This document shows positions 19,539-29,640 of a DNA stretch of 64,000 bases, piece by piece. The notes beneath the pieces were generated by a model, which worked only from the letters and a program-made list of their open reading frames with translations, was not told the origin of the DNA and made no database searches. Every line of letters begins with the position of its first letter. The stretch's first letter is position 1. The stretch spans positions 1,376,001 through 1,440,000 of the forward strand of contig OZ253496.1 in NCBI GenBank assembly GCA_965262115.1, written 5' to 3'. This stretch comes from Nitrospinales bacterium (GTDB taxonomy: Bacteria > Nitrospinota > Nitrospinia > Nitrospinales > VA-1). Made by a program: the position numbers and the translations under genes.

Positions 19539-20807
19539 TTAATTGCTGGCCCGGTAGCCAATATCCTTGCGGTAGTGGATTCCATCCCATTGAATTTTTG
19601 ATACCGCTTCGTAGGCTTTTTTAATCGCTGAAGGGGTGTCGGCTCCGGTTGCAGTGACCCCCAATACCCGCCCGCCGCTGGTGAGTACTTTACCGCCTTC
19701 CTCTATAGTTCCGGCATGAAAGACGGTCACATCGGGCAAGGCCCCGGCTTCGTCCAATCCTGATATCTCTTTTCCTTTTTCATGAGATCCCGGATAACCT
19801 TTTGCCGCCATCACTACACAAACAGATGATTCCGGTTTCCACTTCAAATCATATTGGTCGAGGTTGCCATCGATGCAGGCTTCAAAGAGCGGGACAATAT
19901 CGCTTTCCATGCGGACGAGGAGCGGTTGCGTTTCCGGGTCGCCGAAGCGGACGTTGAACTCGAGAATTTTCGGACCGTGTTTGGTGAGCATCAATCCAGC
20001 ATAAAGAATTCCCTGGTAAGACCGGCCCTCGCTCTTCATGGCGCGAACCAGGGGGAGCATGATTTTGTCGCGCACCTTCTGGTGCATAATGTCGGTGAAC
20101 ACCGGAGCCGGTGAATTGGCCCCCATACCGCCGGTGTTGGGTCCTTTGTCCCCGTCCAGCGCGGCTTTATGATCCTGCGCCGAATCCATAAGGAGCACGG
20201 TATTGCCATCGGAAAATGCCAACACCGAAACTTCCTGCCCTTCGAGAAACTCCTCAATCACCACCTGGTCCCCCGCCTCGCCGAACGACTTGTCTTTCAT
20301 AATCGTGTCCACCGCGCTCAGTCCTTCTTTTGCGTTGCGGCACAAAATGACGCCTTTACCTGCCGCCAGTCCGCTGGCCTTGACGACAATGGGGCCGGTT
20401 TCTTTATCGAAATATTTGCGGGCCAGCTCATGCGAGGTGAATGTTTTATATTCCGCTGTCGGCAGGTCGTATTTTTTCATGATGTTTTTGGAGAAGACTT
20501 TGCTTCCTTCCAGTTCGGCGGCGCGGGCGGTCGGACCGAAAACGCGCAGCCCTTTTTCCTGAAACCGGTCGACGATCCCCATCACGAGAGGTTGTTCCGG
20601 TCCCACCACGGTGAGTCCAATCGCATTTTTTTCGGCGAACTCTAAAAGCTGATCGATCTGATCTACGGCTATCGGTACATTTTTGGCGATTTCAGCAGTC
20701 CCCGCATTGCCCGGTACGCAATAGATATCGGTGACTTTCGGGCTCTGGCTGATTTTCCAGACCAATGCATGCTCTCTTCCCCCTCCCCCTATGACCAGTA
20801 CCCGCAT
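19539..20807 (-). CDS. purD: Phosphoribosylamine-glycine ligase
   Basis: VLVIGGGGREHAL, VVGPEQPL, GLAAGKGV, GPNTGGMG and EFNVRFGDPETQ motifs. Confidence 0.97.
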   Translation of the reverse strand: MRVLVIGGGGREHALVWKISQSPKVTDIYCVPGNAGTAEIAKNVPIAVDQIDQLLEFAEKNAIGLTVVGPEQPLVMGIVDRFQEKGLRVFGPTARAAELEGSKVFSKNIMKKYDLPTAEYKTFTSHELARKYFDKETGPIVVKASGLAAGKGVILCRNAKEGLSAVDTIMKDKSFGEAGDQVVIEEFLEGQEVSVLAFSDGNTVLLMDSAQDHKAALDGDKGPNTGGMGANSPAPVFTDIMHQKVRDKIMLPLVRAMKSEGRSYQGILYAGLMLTKHGPKILEFNVRFGDPETQPLLVRMESDIVPLFEACIDGNLDQYDLKWKPESSVCVVMAAKGYPGSHEKGKEISGLDEAGALPDVTVFHAGTIEEGGKVLTSGGRVLGVTATGADTPSAIKKAYEAVSKIQWDGIHYRKDIGYRASN

Positions 20808-20911
20808 TCTCTCTCCTTATTACTTTGTATGATTCAAGCTGAAATTTATATAAAATGCACCCATGTTGCAACTCTTTCGCAGCCTTGGGCAAAAGTAAGG
20901 TCTTTATTAAA

Positions 20912-22003
20912 ATGGTCAGACTAGACTCGATCAGCAAATCTTTTGGCGGAAAAACCGTAATAGAAAATATCTCGCTGGAGATCGAGGCGGGTGAGCGTTT
21001 CACCCTGCTGGGGCAGAGCGGTTGCGGTAAAACCACCCTCTTGCGTATGATTGCCGGATTCGAGACCCCCGATAGCGGAACCATTGCCATTGAGGGACAG
21101 GATGTCGGCCCTCTTCCCATTGAAAAAAGGCCCGTCGGGCTGATCTTTCAAAACTACGCTTTGTTTCCCCATATGAGCGTTTACGATAATATCGCGGTCG
21201 GGCCCCGCATCCGCAAGCATTCTGAATCAGAAATTGCCAAAAGAATCGATGAGCTTCTGGAGATCACTCATCTTAAAGCCTTGCGCAATGTTTACCCAGG
21301 ACAAATCAGTGGCGGCGAAGCGCAAAGAGTGGCCCTGGCCCGTGCTGTCATCAACCGTCCGAAAATTCTTTTGCTGGATGAACCCCTGTCTGCGCTCGAC
21401 CTCAGCCTGCGTAAACACCTGCGCGAGGAACTTGTCGAAATGCAGAGAGCGTTGGGAATCACCTTCCTGTTTGTCACCCACGATCAGGAAGAAGCAATGG
21501 GTCTCGCCACCCGTATGGGAATCATGGATAAAGGTTGCCTGCAACAAGTGGGCACACCCGCCGAATTGTATGAAAGACCCGAAACCGATTTTATCGCTGA
21601 ATTTCTCGGTGATGTAAACCGGCTTACCGGCAAGGTTGAACAAAGAACCGGTAACCAGATCACCGTTTCATTAGGAGCTTCGGGAAATATTCAATGTGTT
21701 TCTGAAATTCCTGGATTGGAGAATCAAAACATCACCTGTTACGTCCGGCCGGAAAAATTATTTTTTGATACCGGCCGACCTCAAACTCAGCCCGTTAATA
21801 TTTTACAGGGGACGCTGCGGGACATACAATTTTTCGGCAGTCATTCCCGCTATCAACTGAAACTTGCTGGCGGACAAACCCTGACCCTTTCAACCCAGCA
21901 CCGCAAATCCCACACCGCCCAATATTCCATTGGCGACTCGGTTCGGGTTTTGTTCGCGGTGTCCGATGTCTTCACCGCCAGACGCGGGGCCAGCGAGCAA
22001 TGA
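20912..22003 (+). CDS. ABC transporter ATP-binding protein (PotA-like, TOBE domain)
   Basis: Walker A GQSGCGKT, FQNYALFPH, ISGGE, LLLDEP and VTHDQEEA motifs. Confidence 0.9.
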   Translation: MVRLDSISKSFGGKTVIENISLEIEAGERFTLLGQSGCGKTTLLRMIAGFETPDSGTIAIEGQDVGPLPIEKRPVGLIFQNYALFPHMSVYDNIAVGPRIRKHSESEIAKRIDELLEITHLKALRNVYPGQISGGEAQRVALARAVINRPKILLLDEPLSALDLSLRKHLREELVEMQRALGITFLFVTHDQEEAMGLATRMGIMDKGCLQQVGTPAELYERPETDFIAEFLGDVNRLTGKVEQRTGNQITVSLGASGNIQCVSEIPGLENQNITCYVRPEKLFFDTGRPQTQPVNILQGTLRDIQFFGSHSRYQLKLAGGQTLTLSTQHRKSHTAQYSIGDSVRVLFAVSDVFTARRGASEQ

Positions 22004-22098
22004 CTTTATCAGGCGAAATAAAACTTGTCCGGCTGAAAAAGTCTTTTTCAATTCCCCGCCACGGGAATGAACCACGTTAAATTATAAGTGCTTCTAAA

Positions 22099-22863
22099 AT
22101 GAAAAAACTTCTGATAATAGTTTATGTTTTATTAATGACCGGCTGCGACAGCTCCCCTGTCGGCAAAACCTATCTGGTCGCGACCGACGCCACCCTCGTG
22201 CCCATGTCTTTCATGAGTGTCGGCAACGATATAACCGGATTTGAACCTGATCTCATGCGGGCTGTGGCGAAAGAAGCCGAAATCAATATCCGCCTTGTCA
22301 ATGTCGAGTGGGCCGGTTTGTTTGGCGGACTCATCACCCGGAAATTCGATATGGTGATCAGTTCTGTCACCGTTCTGGAAGAGCGTAAAGAACGCATGGC
22401 CTTCAGTGACCCCTATCTTAAAAGCGGTCTGGCTTTAGTGATCCGCAAGGATCAGAAAGGTGTCAATTCATTTGCCGACGCTAAAAAAAATAATTTTTTA
22501 ATCGGCGCCCAAATCGGAACCACGGCTTATTTCTTTCTGGAAAAAGATCCCACCGTTCGTAAAAAGGGTTACCAAATGTATGACCACGTCGTGACCGACC
22601 TCATCAACGGAAAAATTGACGCAGTACTGGGGGAAAGCACCGGAACACTTTTCTATCGGAACCAGCACAAACCTTTGTTTGAAAGAATTAAAATGGTCGG
22701 CGAAATCATGACCAACGAATATTACGCCATCGTTTTTCATAAAGACGACACGGAGCTTTTGGCGAAGGTTAATGTTGCTTTGCGGACAGTCTTAAAAAAT
22801 GGAACAGCCACCCGGCTCCACAAAAAATGGGATCTGGGCCAGGCCGCCCAAGTACCGGAATAA
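22099..22863 (+). CDS. Polar amino acid ABC transporter substrate-binding lipoprotein
   Basis: Lipobox MTGC; ITGFEPDL, KFDMVISS, ERMAFSDPY and GAQIGTT motifs (SBP family 3). Confidence 0.88.
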   Translation: MKKLLIIVYVLLMTGCDSSPVGKTYLVATDATLVPMSFMSVGNDITGFEPDLMRAVAKEAEINIRLVNVEWAGLFGGLITRKFDMVISSVTVLEERKERMAFSDPYLKSGLALVIRKDQKGVNSFADAKKNNFLIGAQIGTTAYFFLEKDPTVRKKGYQMYDHVVTDLINGKIDAVLGESTGTLFYRNQHKPLFERIKMVGEIMTNEYYAIVFHKDDTELLAKVNVALRTVLKNGTATRLHKKWDLGQAAQVPE

Positions 22864-22868
22864 ATATC

Positions 22869-24170
22869 TCACTCTTCCTTCTCATTGGGCATTAATATAT
22901 TATTTATTTTGTTGCTAATTTTCATCCATTTTTCGTCCATAAAACCAGGCTTGCTAATGGTGTGAAGTAATATTGCTGACCGAAACAAACTGGAATGCAA
23001 AGAAAGATTACCTGTTTCGGGATCTTCATTTACTGCTCCGGATTTCTTTAATTCGGGAAGGCAAGAACTAGAATAGATGTTACCTGGGAACTCTTTATAA
23101 AGAATTGATTTAGGAATGGGGGCCGAAACCCACGCCAGGATATTCATTATTTCTTCTCGGAGTTTCTGCTTCCCCTTGAAGTTATATAGATTCAAAAAAT
23201 CTTTGTCTTGAAGCTCTCTGGCAGCTTCACTGATGGCCTCCCCCCAATCATCGGCATCTATGAGATTGTTCGTGTCAACCTCAATCAAATTATGCCCCAG
23301 AACCTGTAAAGAGTAAGGGTATCCGCCTGCAAGTTTAACCTTTGCATCCAGCTCTTCCTGGTTATACTCGATCTGAACATCATCAAACCCTTTGACCAAA
23401 ACTTCTTTGGCTTCTCCATACGGCATTCCTGTTAAGGGAATTGAGTCAAAACTTCTTCTGGCCGAAGGATCGCCCTCGAAAAAACTTTGAATGGCTTCAT
23501 TGTATCCAATAATAATGAATGAAATATTCCCGAGGCCATTCACATCCAGAGTTGTGGTTATACTTCGTATTAATTGTGCGATTCCCTGAATATACTTCGC
23601 ATTATGAATTTCATCCAAAACTATTAATAATCCATCATATTTACTTTGTTCCTCTACTTCTTTGAGCCCTAATAAAATATTGGTCAAAACTGAAACAGCC
23701 TGATCCTTAAAATACTGCTCAATATTACCATCATCTAATGGCAACCCCATTTGCCCCGAATCCACCGCAACACTTACTCCAAATGCCCCAAATGAAAACT
23801 TTCCTTTATTAAATAAGTCTCCTAATCTATCTGCCAGCCGATCAATTGAGGGCTTGGGCAGTTTGTCGGTCAACTGGTTCAAAACAGCCTGCAAAACTGT
23901 TCTAAAATGTTGCCCCTTTTCTACCGTGTAATAACTTGTAAGAAAATCTAAATTTTCCAATCCTTGATCTTTGGATTCCGCAATATGAAGAATTAGCCTT
24001 GCCAAAGCTGTTTTCCCAATTCCCCTTTCCCCGTGGAAAATAAAATTGGATGACATTCCTCTTTTTACCTGGGCAAGCTTTCTGATAATCTGAAGCGTTT
24101 GGTCTGAGCGACCTGCAAATAAAGTGGGGGCTACGGTTGAGTTGGGATTAAAAGGGTTATAAACAGCCAA
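22869..24170 (-). CDS. AT-rich P-loop ATPase (AAA_16 / archaeal-ATPase-like)
   Basis: NPFNP...FAGR, Walker A GERGIGKT, Walker B LLIVLDE and GGYPY motifs; markedly lower GC than its neighbours. Confidence 0.82.
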   Translation of the reverse strand: MAVYNPFNPNSTVAPTLFAGRSDQTLQIIRKLAQVKRGMSSNFIFHGERGIGKTALARLILHIAESKDQGLENLDFLTSYYTVEKGQHFRTVLQAVLNQLTDKLPKPSIDRLADRLGDLFNKGKFSFGAFGVSVAVDSGQMGLPLDDGNIEQYFKDQAVSVLTNILLGLKEVEEQSKYDGLLIVLDEIHNAKYIQGIAQLIRSITTTLDVNGLGNISFIIIGYNEAIQSFFEGDPSARRSFDSIPLTGMPYGEAKEVLVKGFDDVQIEYNQEELDAKVKLAGGYPYSLQVLGHNLIEVDTNNLIDADDWGEAISEAARELQDKDFLNLYNFKGKQKLREEIMNILAWVSAPIPKSILYKEFPGNIYSSSCLPELKKSGAVNEDPETGNLSLHSSLFRSAILLHTISKPGFMDEKWMKISNKINNILMPNEKEE

Positions 24171-24512
24171 TTTTAAAGCTCCTCAGGAAAATAATTAAAA
24201 TTTGCTAGTTTTAGCCATTTTTATTAAGTAACGCACTAGAAAATAGCCGAAAAAACAACAAAAACCAATATTTTCAACGAATTAAAAATTATTTTTGCTG
24301 GAAATGTCTCTAATGGTGCTATAAAATTCTTTATTTTGTTAGTTTTTTATTAAAAACTTTAGTTTGGTTAAGTAAATCTAGAGTTTCTTAACTAAGAATC
24401 CACCCTTCTCTCTATATTTTCGTTTTTTATTCGTTTTAATGCACCGATATATTATGAGAAAATACACGAATCGGGAGGTTTCATTTTATCTAATTTCCCC
24501 TTATAAATATGA

Positions 24513-25319
24513 GTGCTAAAGTTAGGCTATTCATTAAATAACCTTCGGTACCTGTCGAAAACCAAAAATCTCTTGCAACAAAAAAACACACAAAACTGGG
24601 CTTGGAACCTTGCGGTCATGATGAGCTTTATTTTTCTGCTTTATCTGCCCACAAAAGAAACCTTCATAGGCAAGGAGCAAACCGGCGGTTACTTGGAACT
24701 GCTTTTGCTTTTACCCTCTGGTGTGTTTTACACACTTCTCGTCACCCTGCTGGGCAGTGCCAGCGCCATCGTGGTAGGATTGTTGGTAGGGCTGGGAAAG
24801 CTCTCGGACAATCCTTTCATACGAATCCCGGTTTCTTTTTATACAGAGGTGTTACGTGGTATTCCTCTGCTGGTGCTTTTATTTTATATTTATTATGCCT
24901 TGGGAGAATTCATTCATATGCCGGCACTGGTTGCGGCAGTGGCGGGATTCGGCTTCAGCTATGGAGCTTATATGGCAGATGTGTTTCGCGCCGGTATTGA
25001 AGCGGTTCCCAAAGAGCAGGGCGAGGCCGCACGCAGTCTCGGCATGAATGAAAAACAGGCCATGTTTCAGGTCGTTCTTCCGCAGGCCCTGCGTACTATT
25101 ATTCCCGCTATTGGCAACCAGACCCTGGGTATGTTGAAAGACACCAGCCTGGTTTCGGTGCTGGCCATTTCCGATATCCTTCGGGTCGGCAACGAATATG
25201 CCACCAAACACTTCAATTATTTTGAGACCTATACCTATGTGGCTTTGACCTACTTGCTTCTCACCCTTTTACTTTCCCGCCTGGTACACAAACTTGAATC
25301 CCGCTACCGGCCTCACTAG
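24513..25319 (+). CDS. Polar amino acid ABC transporter permease
   Basis: RGIPLLV, EAA loop (EQGEAARSLGM), VLPQALR and LKDTSL motifs; true start uncertain. Confidence 0.9.
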   Translation: MLKLGYSLNNLRYLSKTKNLLQQKNTQNWAWNLAVMMSFIFLLYLPTKETFIGKEQTGGYLELLLLLPSGVFYTLLVTLLGSASAIVVGLLVGLGKLSDNPFIRIPVSFYTEVLRGIPLLVLLFYIYYALGEFIHMPALVAAVAGFGFSYGAYMADVFRAGIEAVPKEQGEAARSLGMNEKQAMFQVVLPQALRTIIPAIGNQTLGMLKDTSLVSVLAISDILRVGNEYATKHFNYFETYTYVALTYLLLTLLLSRLVHKLESRYRPH

Positions 25320-25516
25320 CCCCAGCGTGACGCTGGACTCAAAATCTAAGGACACAGTTTATTTAGCCGAGATAACTCTTTGCTCACCAAACAGAGTTAT
25401 TACCAGCTGGCCCCACGCCTAGTGGTATTTTTCAGGTATTCCGTGACATCAAGTTGGAGAGATTATATATTAAGAATAACGAGGATTTTTGTGTTCAACC
25501 GGGGGAGGAGGGAAGA

Positions 25517-25795
25517 ATGAATACCGCATTGGAAGGTGAGAAAAAAGTGGCCGCAGAGGACTATTTTCTGTTGGCAATCCGAAACTGGGATGACAAGCTG
25601 AAGGATTTTTTACCTGTTGGCGATCCATCAACAACCACTCAAACCTTCAACGAGTACCCTAACGCAGAAAAAGCTTTCTTTTCAACGAATCATGAAAACT
25701 ACCCGCAGGCGGGGGGAAAAGATGTCAAACTTGAATTGCTACATATGCGTTTTGGCATCCCGCATATAGTACGAAACCGCATCCTGTTTCCCTAA
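25517..25795 (+). CDS. Hypothetical protein
   Basis: ATG at 25517 after a GGAGGAGG RBS; 92-aa ORF. Confidence 0.6.
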   Translation: MNTALEGEKKVAAEDYFLLAIRNWDDKLKDFLPVGDPSTTTQTFNEYPNAEKAFFSTNHENYPQAGGKDVKLELLHMRFGIPHIVRNRILFP

Positions 25796-25954
25796 GTCGG
25801 CTGCTTGTTCTCCAGTTTCTGAATCAGCGACTGACCAGACCCCGTAATTTATACCAGATTTAGGATTCCGGGGGGTACCTTGGCAAAGATCGTTCCCATT
25901 GAATCCCTAGGTGTTATACTATATATTGTAGTGGTAAATTCTTACCTTTAATTT

Positions 25955-26312
25955 GGGGGCGCTCTGGTTTCGACGGGAGAGCTGATACAAAGGTTGCATG
26001 CACGGGATGCCGTTGGCCCGTAAAAAAACGGCTTTTACATAATCGCCAACGATTATGATGTAGCTGTAGCCGCTTAATTTAATCGGTTACCGTCCGCCGC
26101 GTCCATGTTCGCGGGAAGCGGGTCGGACGTCATTCAGCGAACTGGTTTGGGCCGTATGTTCCGGGCGGGCTGAACGAGATTTTTAGGAACTGGCTTTGGC
26201 TTAATCCTGCCTTGGGAGTTGGTCGAAGCGAGATTTAAAACAAAGGATAAGCATGTAGACGCCTTTGCTTAAAACCTTTCGGACGGGGGTTCGATTCCCC
26301 CCGCCTCCACCA
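25955..26312 (+). ncRNA. ssrA: tmRNA; tag peptide (A)ANDYDVAVAA
   Basis: 5' GGGGGCGCTCTGGTTTCGAC and 3' GACGGGGGTTCGATTCCCCCCGCCTCCACCA; tag ORF GCC AAC GAT TAT GAT GTA GCT GTA GCC GCT TAA at 26045-26077. Confidence 0.95.
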
Positions 26313-26730
26313 CTGCTCACCGCAGGGGCAAAGTTTAATGACCTATTAAGCCGAGAGGATTGTTGCTGGCAGTAAAAAGCTATTGCTAATCGGCCCTACG
26401 CCTAGTGGCTGCTCGCCGCAGGGGCAATAGGTCAATGCACACCAAGCCTGCAGATGGTATTGCCCACTCAACTCTGGTCTGCAGTTATTTCCTCCCATGT
26501 AAAAGGTGCTCTTTGCAGGGGCGTGGTATTCTTACGTAGCTGTGATGCCTCTTCCTTAAACTTCATGCCCCGTAGGGGGAGAACGGCTACAACTGGCTGT
26601 CCCTTCCTCTTATTTTAGAGATTGTTTGAGCGCGGCAAAAGGTATACAAGTTACCCGCGGAGGTACTCCACTGAATCCAGCGTCACGCTGGCCTCCGCCG
26701 CAAATGGCGGGGCTCTATGACCATAGCTTT

Positions 26731-26907
26731 CTATAAATTATTTTTCCTTTCCTGAATTTCAGCTCTTCTGGTCTTTGCAAGTTTTCCAAGCTCACCCAAA
26801 GCTTTACGAGCACGGGCGGCGGCGTATTTTATATTTTTAGTTTCAAAACTCTCATTTTCCGCAAGGTAGTTTTCGTAAGCAGAAGTAATTTGTTCATGCG
26901 TTGCCAT
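26731..26907 (-). CDS. Small histone H1-like (Hc1-type) protein, 58 aa
   Basis: Manual translation MATHEQITSAYENYLAENESFETKNIKYAAARARKALGELGKLAKTRRAEIQERKNNL; AGGAG RBS. Confidence 0.72.
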   Translation of the reverse strand: MATHEQITSAYENYLAENESFETKNIKYAAARARKALGELGKLAKTRRAEIQERKNNL

Positions 26908-27341
26908 GTTTAACTCCTAATATTTAAGGTTGTTGTATTCAAAACCAAGTAAAGAATTAGCACACTACCTTTGATCTATACAACTTAAAAAAATTCTTTG
27001 TGATTGGCTCACCCAGAATTTTATACCCGGCTCTAAGTTCATAATTTAATATTTTATCGCCTGGGCGCTGCCTCCACCTGCTTTTAATTTACAAGCAATC
27101 ACCAAATTTTCAATGGTTCATGACAGGTTTTGAGTTAAAACTGTCTAAAATTCATACTCGAATATTTCGCCATTACCCCACCCATTTTTCTTGGTATTTA
27201 TACTAACTTGCACAGAAATATTGCTTTCAAGGAAGTCAGTGTGTCATTTTTACTGACGTAAAATCAAACATTTTAGCCATATTATATAGTTCTATGTTAT
27301 ATTCCCATTCAATATCACATTAACAGTCAGGAATCCTAGGG

Positions 27342-27761
27342 ATGTCAGAAATAGGAAGGCGTTTTTCTCTCGACAAGGTGTCGGTTGACCCGAAACTTAA
27401 AAACCGAATTTTTTCAGCAGATGGGGATGACCATATCGGCGATTGGGATGGGGAATGCATTGATGACCTGATAAAAGAAATCGACCGTATTGAAGAGCGG
27501 ATGGACCCCAATTATTCCAGCCTGCCGCACTCTACTAATATTCCCGATGATTTAAAAAAAGAGGTTGCGAAGGATTGTCCTATTTGGACCTGTGACAAAA
27601 AAGGCCGTTGCCTGGTGGGTGATGCAGGGTCAGAAATTAAAACCGTTGATGAAATCAGGAGCCACTATATCAATAAATATGGAAGTGTTGATAAGTTTAA
27701 AGACAAATTAAGAATCGAACGGGAAAAGTTTATTCAAGAAGTCAAAAGCAGGTCCGAATAA
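27342..27761 (+). CDS. Hypothetical protein
   Basis: 139-aa charged ORF with a PIWTCDKKGRCLVG motif. Confidence 0.6.
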   Translation: MSEIGRRFSLDKVSVDPKLKNRIFSADGDDHIGDWDGECIDDLIKEIDRIEERMDPNYSSLPHSTNIPDDLKKEVAKDCPIWTCDKKGRCLVGDAGSEIKTVDEIRSHYINKYGSVDKFKDKLRIEREKFIQEVKSRSE

Positions 27762-27969
27762 GTAATATTTTAGCTTTATTCCCCAGAATGACAAAATAGC
27801 CTTGTATTGTCATTCTGAACGCAGTGAAGAATCCCCAAGCCTATGCAAGGCGAGATTGCCCCTTCGGGGGTCAGGCCTATTTTCATTTGGATTTATAATC
27901 TTTTTCTTCATGATATAATCCAACACTTGGGAAATTACCAAATTTTATTAACCCTTTTTTGGTGAGGGA

Positions 27970-28290
27970 GTGATGGAGATTATTTCTATCGATGAATTGC
28001 ATGACAAGGTCCAACAGATGGGTAAAAACGATTTAATTCTTGATGTCCGGTACCCCGAGGAGTATTCAACAGGGCATATTGAAGGATCTCAAAATACTCC
28101 CCATGAAGAAGTCAGCACTATCGCGGAAGACCTGAAAAGTTACGACAACATCTATGTCCATTGCAAAATGGGCGGACGAGCCAAAATGGCTTCCGAGTCA
28201 TTGATCAATGCCGGCCTGGACAATATTGTTTGTGTGGGAAATGGAGGTATGGAACGCTGGATGGAGATGAATTGGCCGGTGCAAAAGTAA
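27970..28290 (+). CDS. Rhodanese-like domain protein
   Basis: ILDVRYPEEYSTGHIEGS, VHCKMGGRA (active Cys) and GGMERW motifs. Confidence 0.9.
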   Translation: MMEIISIDELHDKVQQMGKNDLILDVRYPEEYSTGHIEGSQNTPHEEVSTIAEDLKSYDNIYVHCKMGGRAKMASESLINAGLDNIVCVGNGGMERWMEMNWPVQK

Positions 28291-28431
28291 GTACCGGCGA
28301 ACCGCCGGTTGCAGATGCACAAACTCATTAAGCCAAGATAAGCTTTTGCTAGCGCGACATGATATTTTTCATTAAAGTTTGTGCCTCGCAGGGGTATAAA
28401 ACTATCGCTAGTTGGCCCCACGCTTAGTGAA

Positions 28432-28488
28432 AAATAAACCCAGGAAGAGGAACCGCGTGAGCGGCTTCTCCCCTGGGTTTATTTTTTT
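28432..28488. terminator. Bidirectional terminator-like hairpin between the rhodanese gene and nxrC
   Basis: AAATAAACCCAGG...CCTGGGTTTATTT with A/T tracts on both sides. Confidence 0.7.
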
Positions 28489-28511
28489 GGTCTGTGCGGA
28501 TTACTCCGCGT

Positions 28512-29498
28512 TTAGTACTGCAGTTCATTCCACTGCGTTACAGCCTTCTGACCATTTCTTTCTTTGTTCTGACCATTCCAAACCGCAATCGCCATCGGAG
28601 TTTTTCCGCTGGTGAACTGCGAGTCATTAGAATCGCCTGTGGTCAAAGAACGTTTGAAAACAACTGACCAACGGTTGTTAGACCAGTTGCCGTTTCCATC
28701 AACATCCTGATGAGCCTGAGTGGTCAGGGTACTAAACCCTTCTGCATTCATATCTTCAACAGAAGAAACACGCATGGCTGCATCAGCGAGGATGTTACCG
28801 GTAGCACGCGCCGGATTAAAAACACCCTCGTTTTTACCCATGCCATAATCAACATAAGAATTACGCTTGCTGATATTGCCAGCTCCCTGGGTCTTTCCTG
28901 CAGTTTGTTTAGAGCCAGTATTGGTAGCAAAATCTTTACCAGTCAGCTTGCCTCCGGGCTCATACATATAGTAACTACCGGAACCCATAGCCATGAACTT
29001 ATATTGATCTTCCATGTCCAGCATGCCAATGTTGCCAGATTTTCCAGCGCCTTCTTTATCCCAGGTCGCTTTCCACTGCCAGATATTAACACGCTCGCCA
29101 TCACCACCCATTGTGAACGGAGGCTCTTCGCCAGTCTGGTTCACAGGGAACATGATAGCTGCTTGATCTTTGTACTGCTGAGATTGAACCATAATGTCGT
29201 TACGAGTCGAATCTGTCCAGCTCAGACGAACTGCGATTTCCTTACCGTTAGTTACGGCTCGAACGTTCACCCATTTGGTCGCCGGAGCGGGCCACATGGG
29301 ATTGGTGATCATTTGAGGATCCAGATCCACAACAACGTGCTTGTGGAAAGTAGGACCATAACGAGTCCAGAAAGGATCATCCGCATTGATCGGAATATTC
29401 CCCTGAACTTTTACAGCTTTGATGGTGGCCGCATTCGCGCTGGACATACCCAGAACGAAAGCAAACAACATCATAAATACAATAGTCTTTTTACTCAC
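28512..29498 (-). CDS. nxrC: Nitrite oxidoreductase gamma subunit candidate (EbdC-like heme b protein)
   Basis: Signal peptide; DQAAIMFP, FTMG, VNIWQWKA, AEGFSTLT and AVWNG..KERNGQK motifs; downstream of nxrB. Confidence 0.88.
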   Translation of the reverse strand: MSKKTIVFMMLFAFVLGMSSANAATIKAVKVQGNIPINADDPFWTRYGPTFHKHVVVDLDPQMITNPMWPAPATKWVNVRAVTNGKEIAVRLSWTDSTRNDIMVQSQQYKDQAAIMFPVNQTGEEPPFTMGGDGERVNIWQWKATWDKEGAGKSGNIGMLDMEDQYKFMAMGSGSYYMYEPGGKLTGKDFATNTGSKQTAGKTQGAGNISKRNSYVDYGMGKNEGVFNPARATGNILADAAMRVSSVEDMNAEGFSTLTTQAHQDVDGNGNWSNNRWSVVFKRSLTTGDSNDSQFTSGKTPMAIAVWNGQNKERNGQKAVTQWNELQY

Positions 29499-29572
29499 AG
29501 GAATCCCTCCTCGTTGTTACCGTTTACGGGCAATTAAAATTTACGCCCCACACATCGCAAACGCATTGGTCC

Positions 29573-29594
29573 GGGCGGGGGAAAACCCCCGCCC
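29573..29594. terminator. Perfect 9-bp GC hairpin in the nxrB-nxrC intergenic region
   Basis: GGGCGGGGG-AAAA-CCCCCGCCC. Confidence 0.5.
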
Positions 29595-29640
29595 ATTCCA
29601 AATTATTTACGCTGCTATCTTCAGAGCGTCGTATCGCTCC

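Noticed and set aside
26313..27341. Genomic island integrated at tmRNA
   Set aside because: No integrase and no duplicated ssrA 3' end were found in the window.
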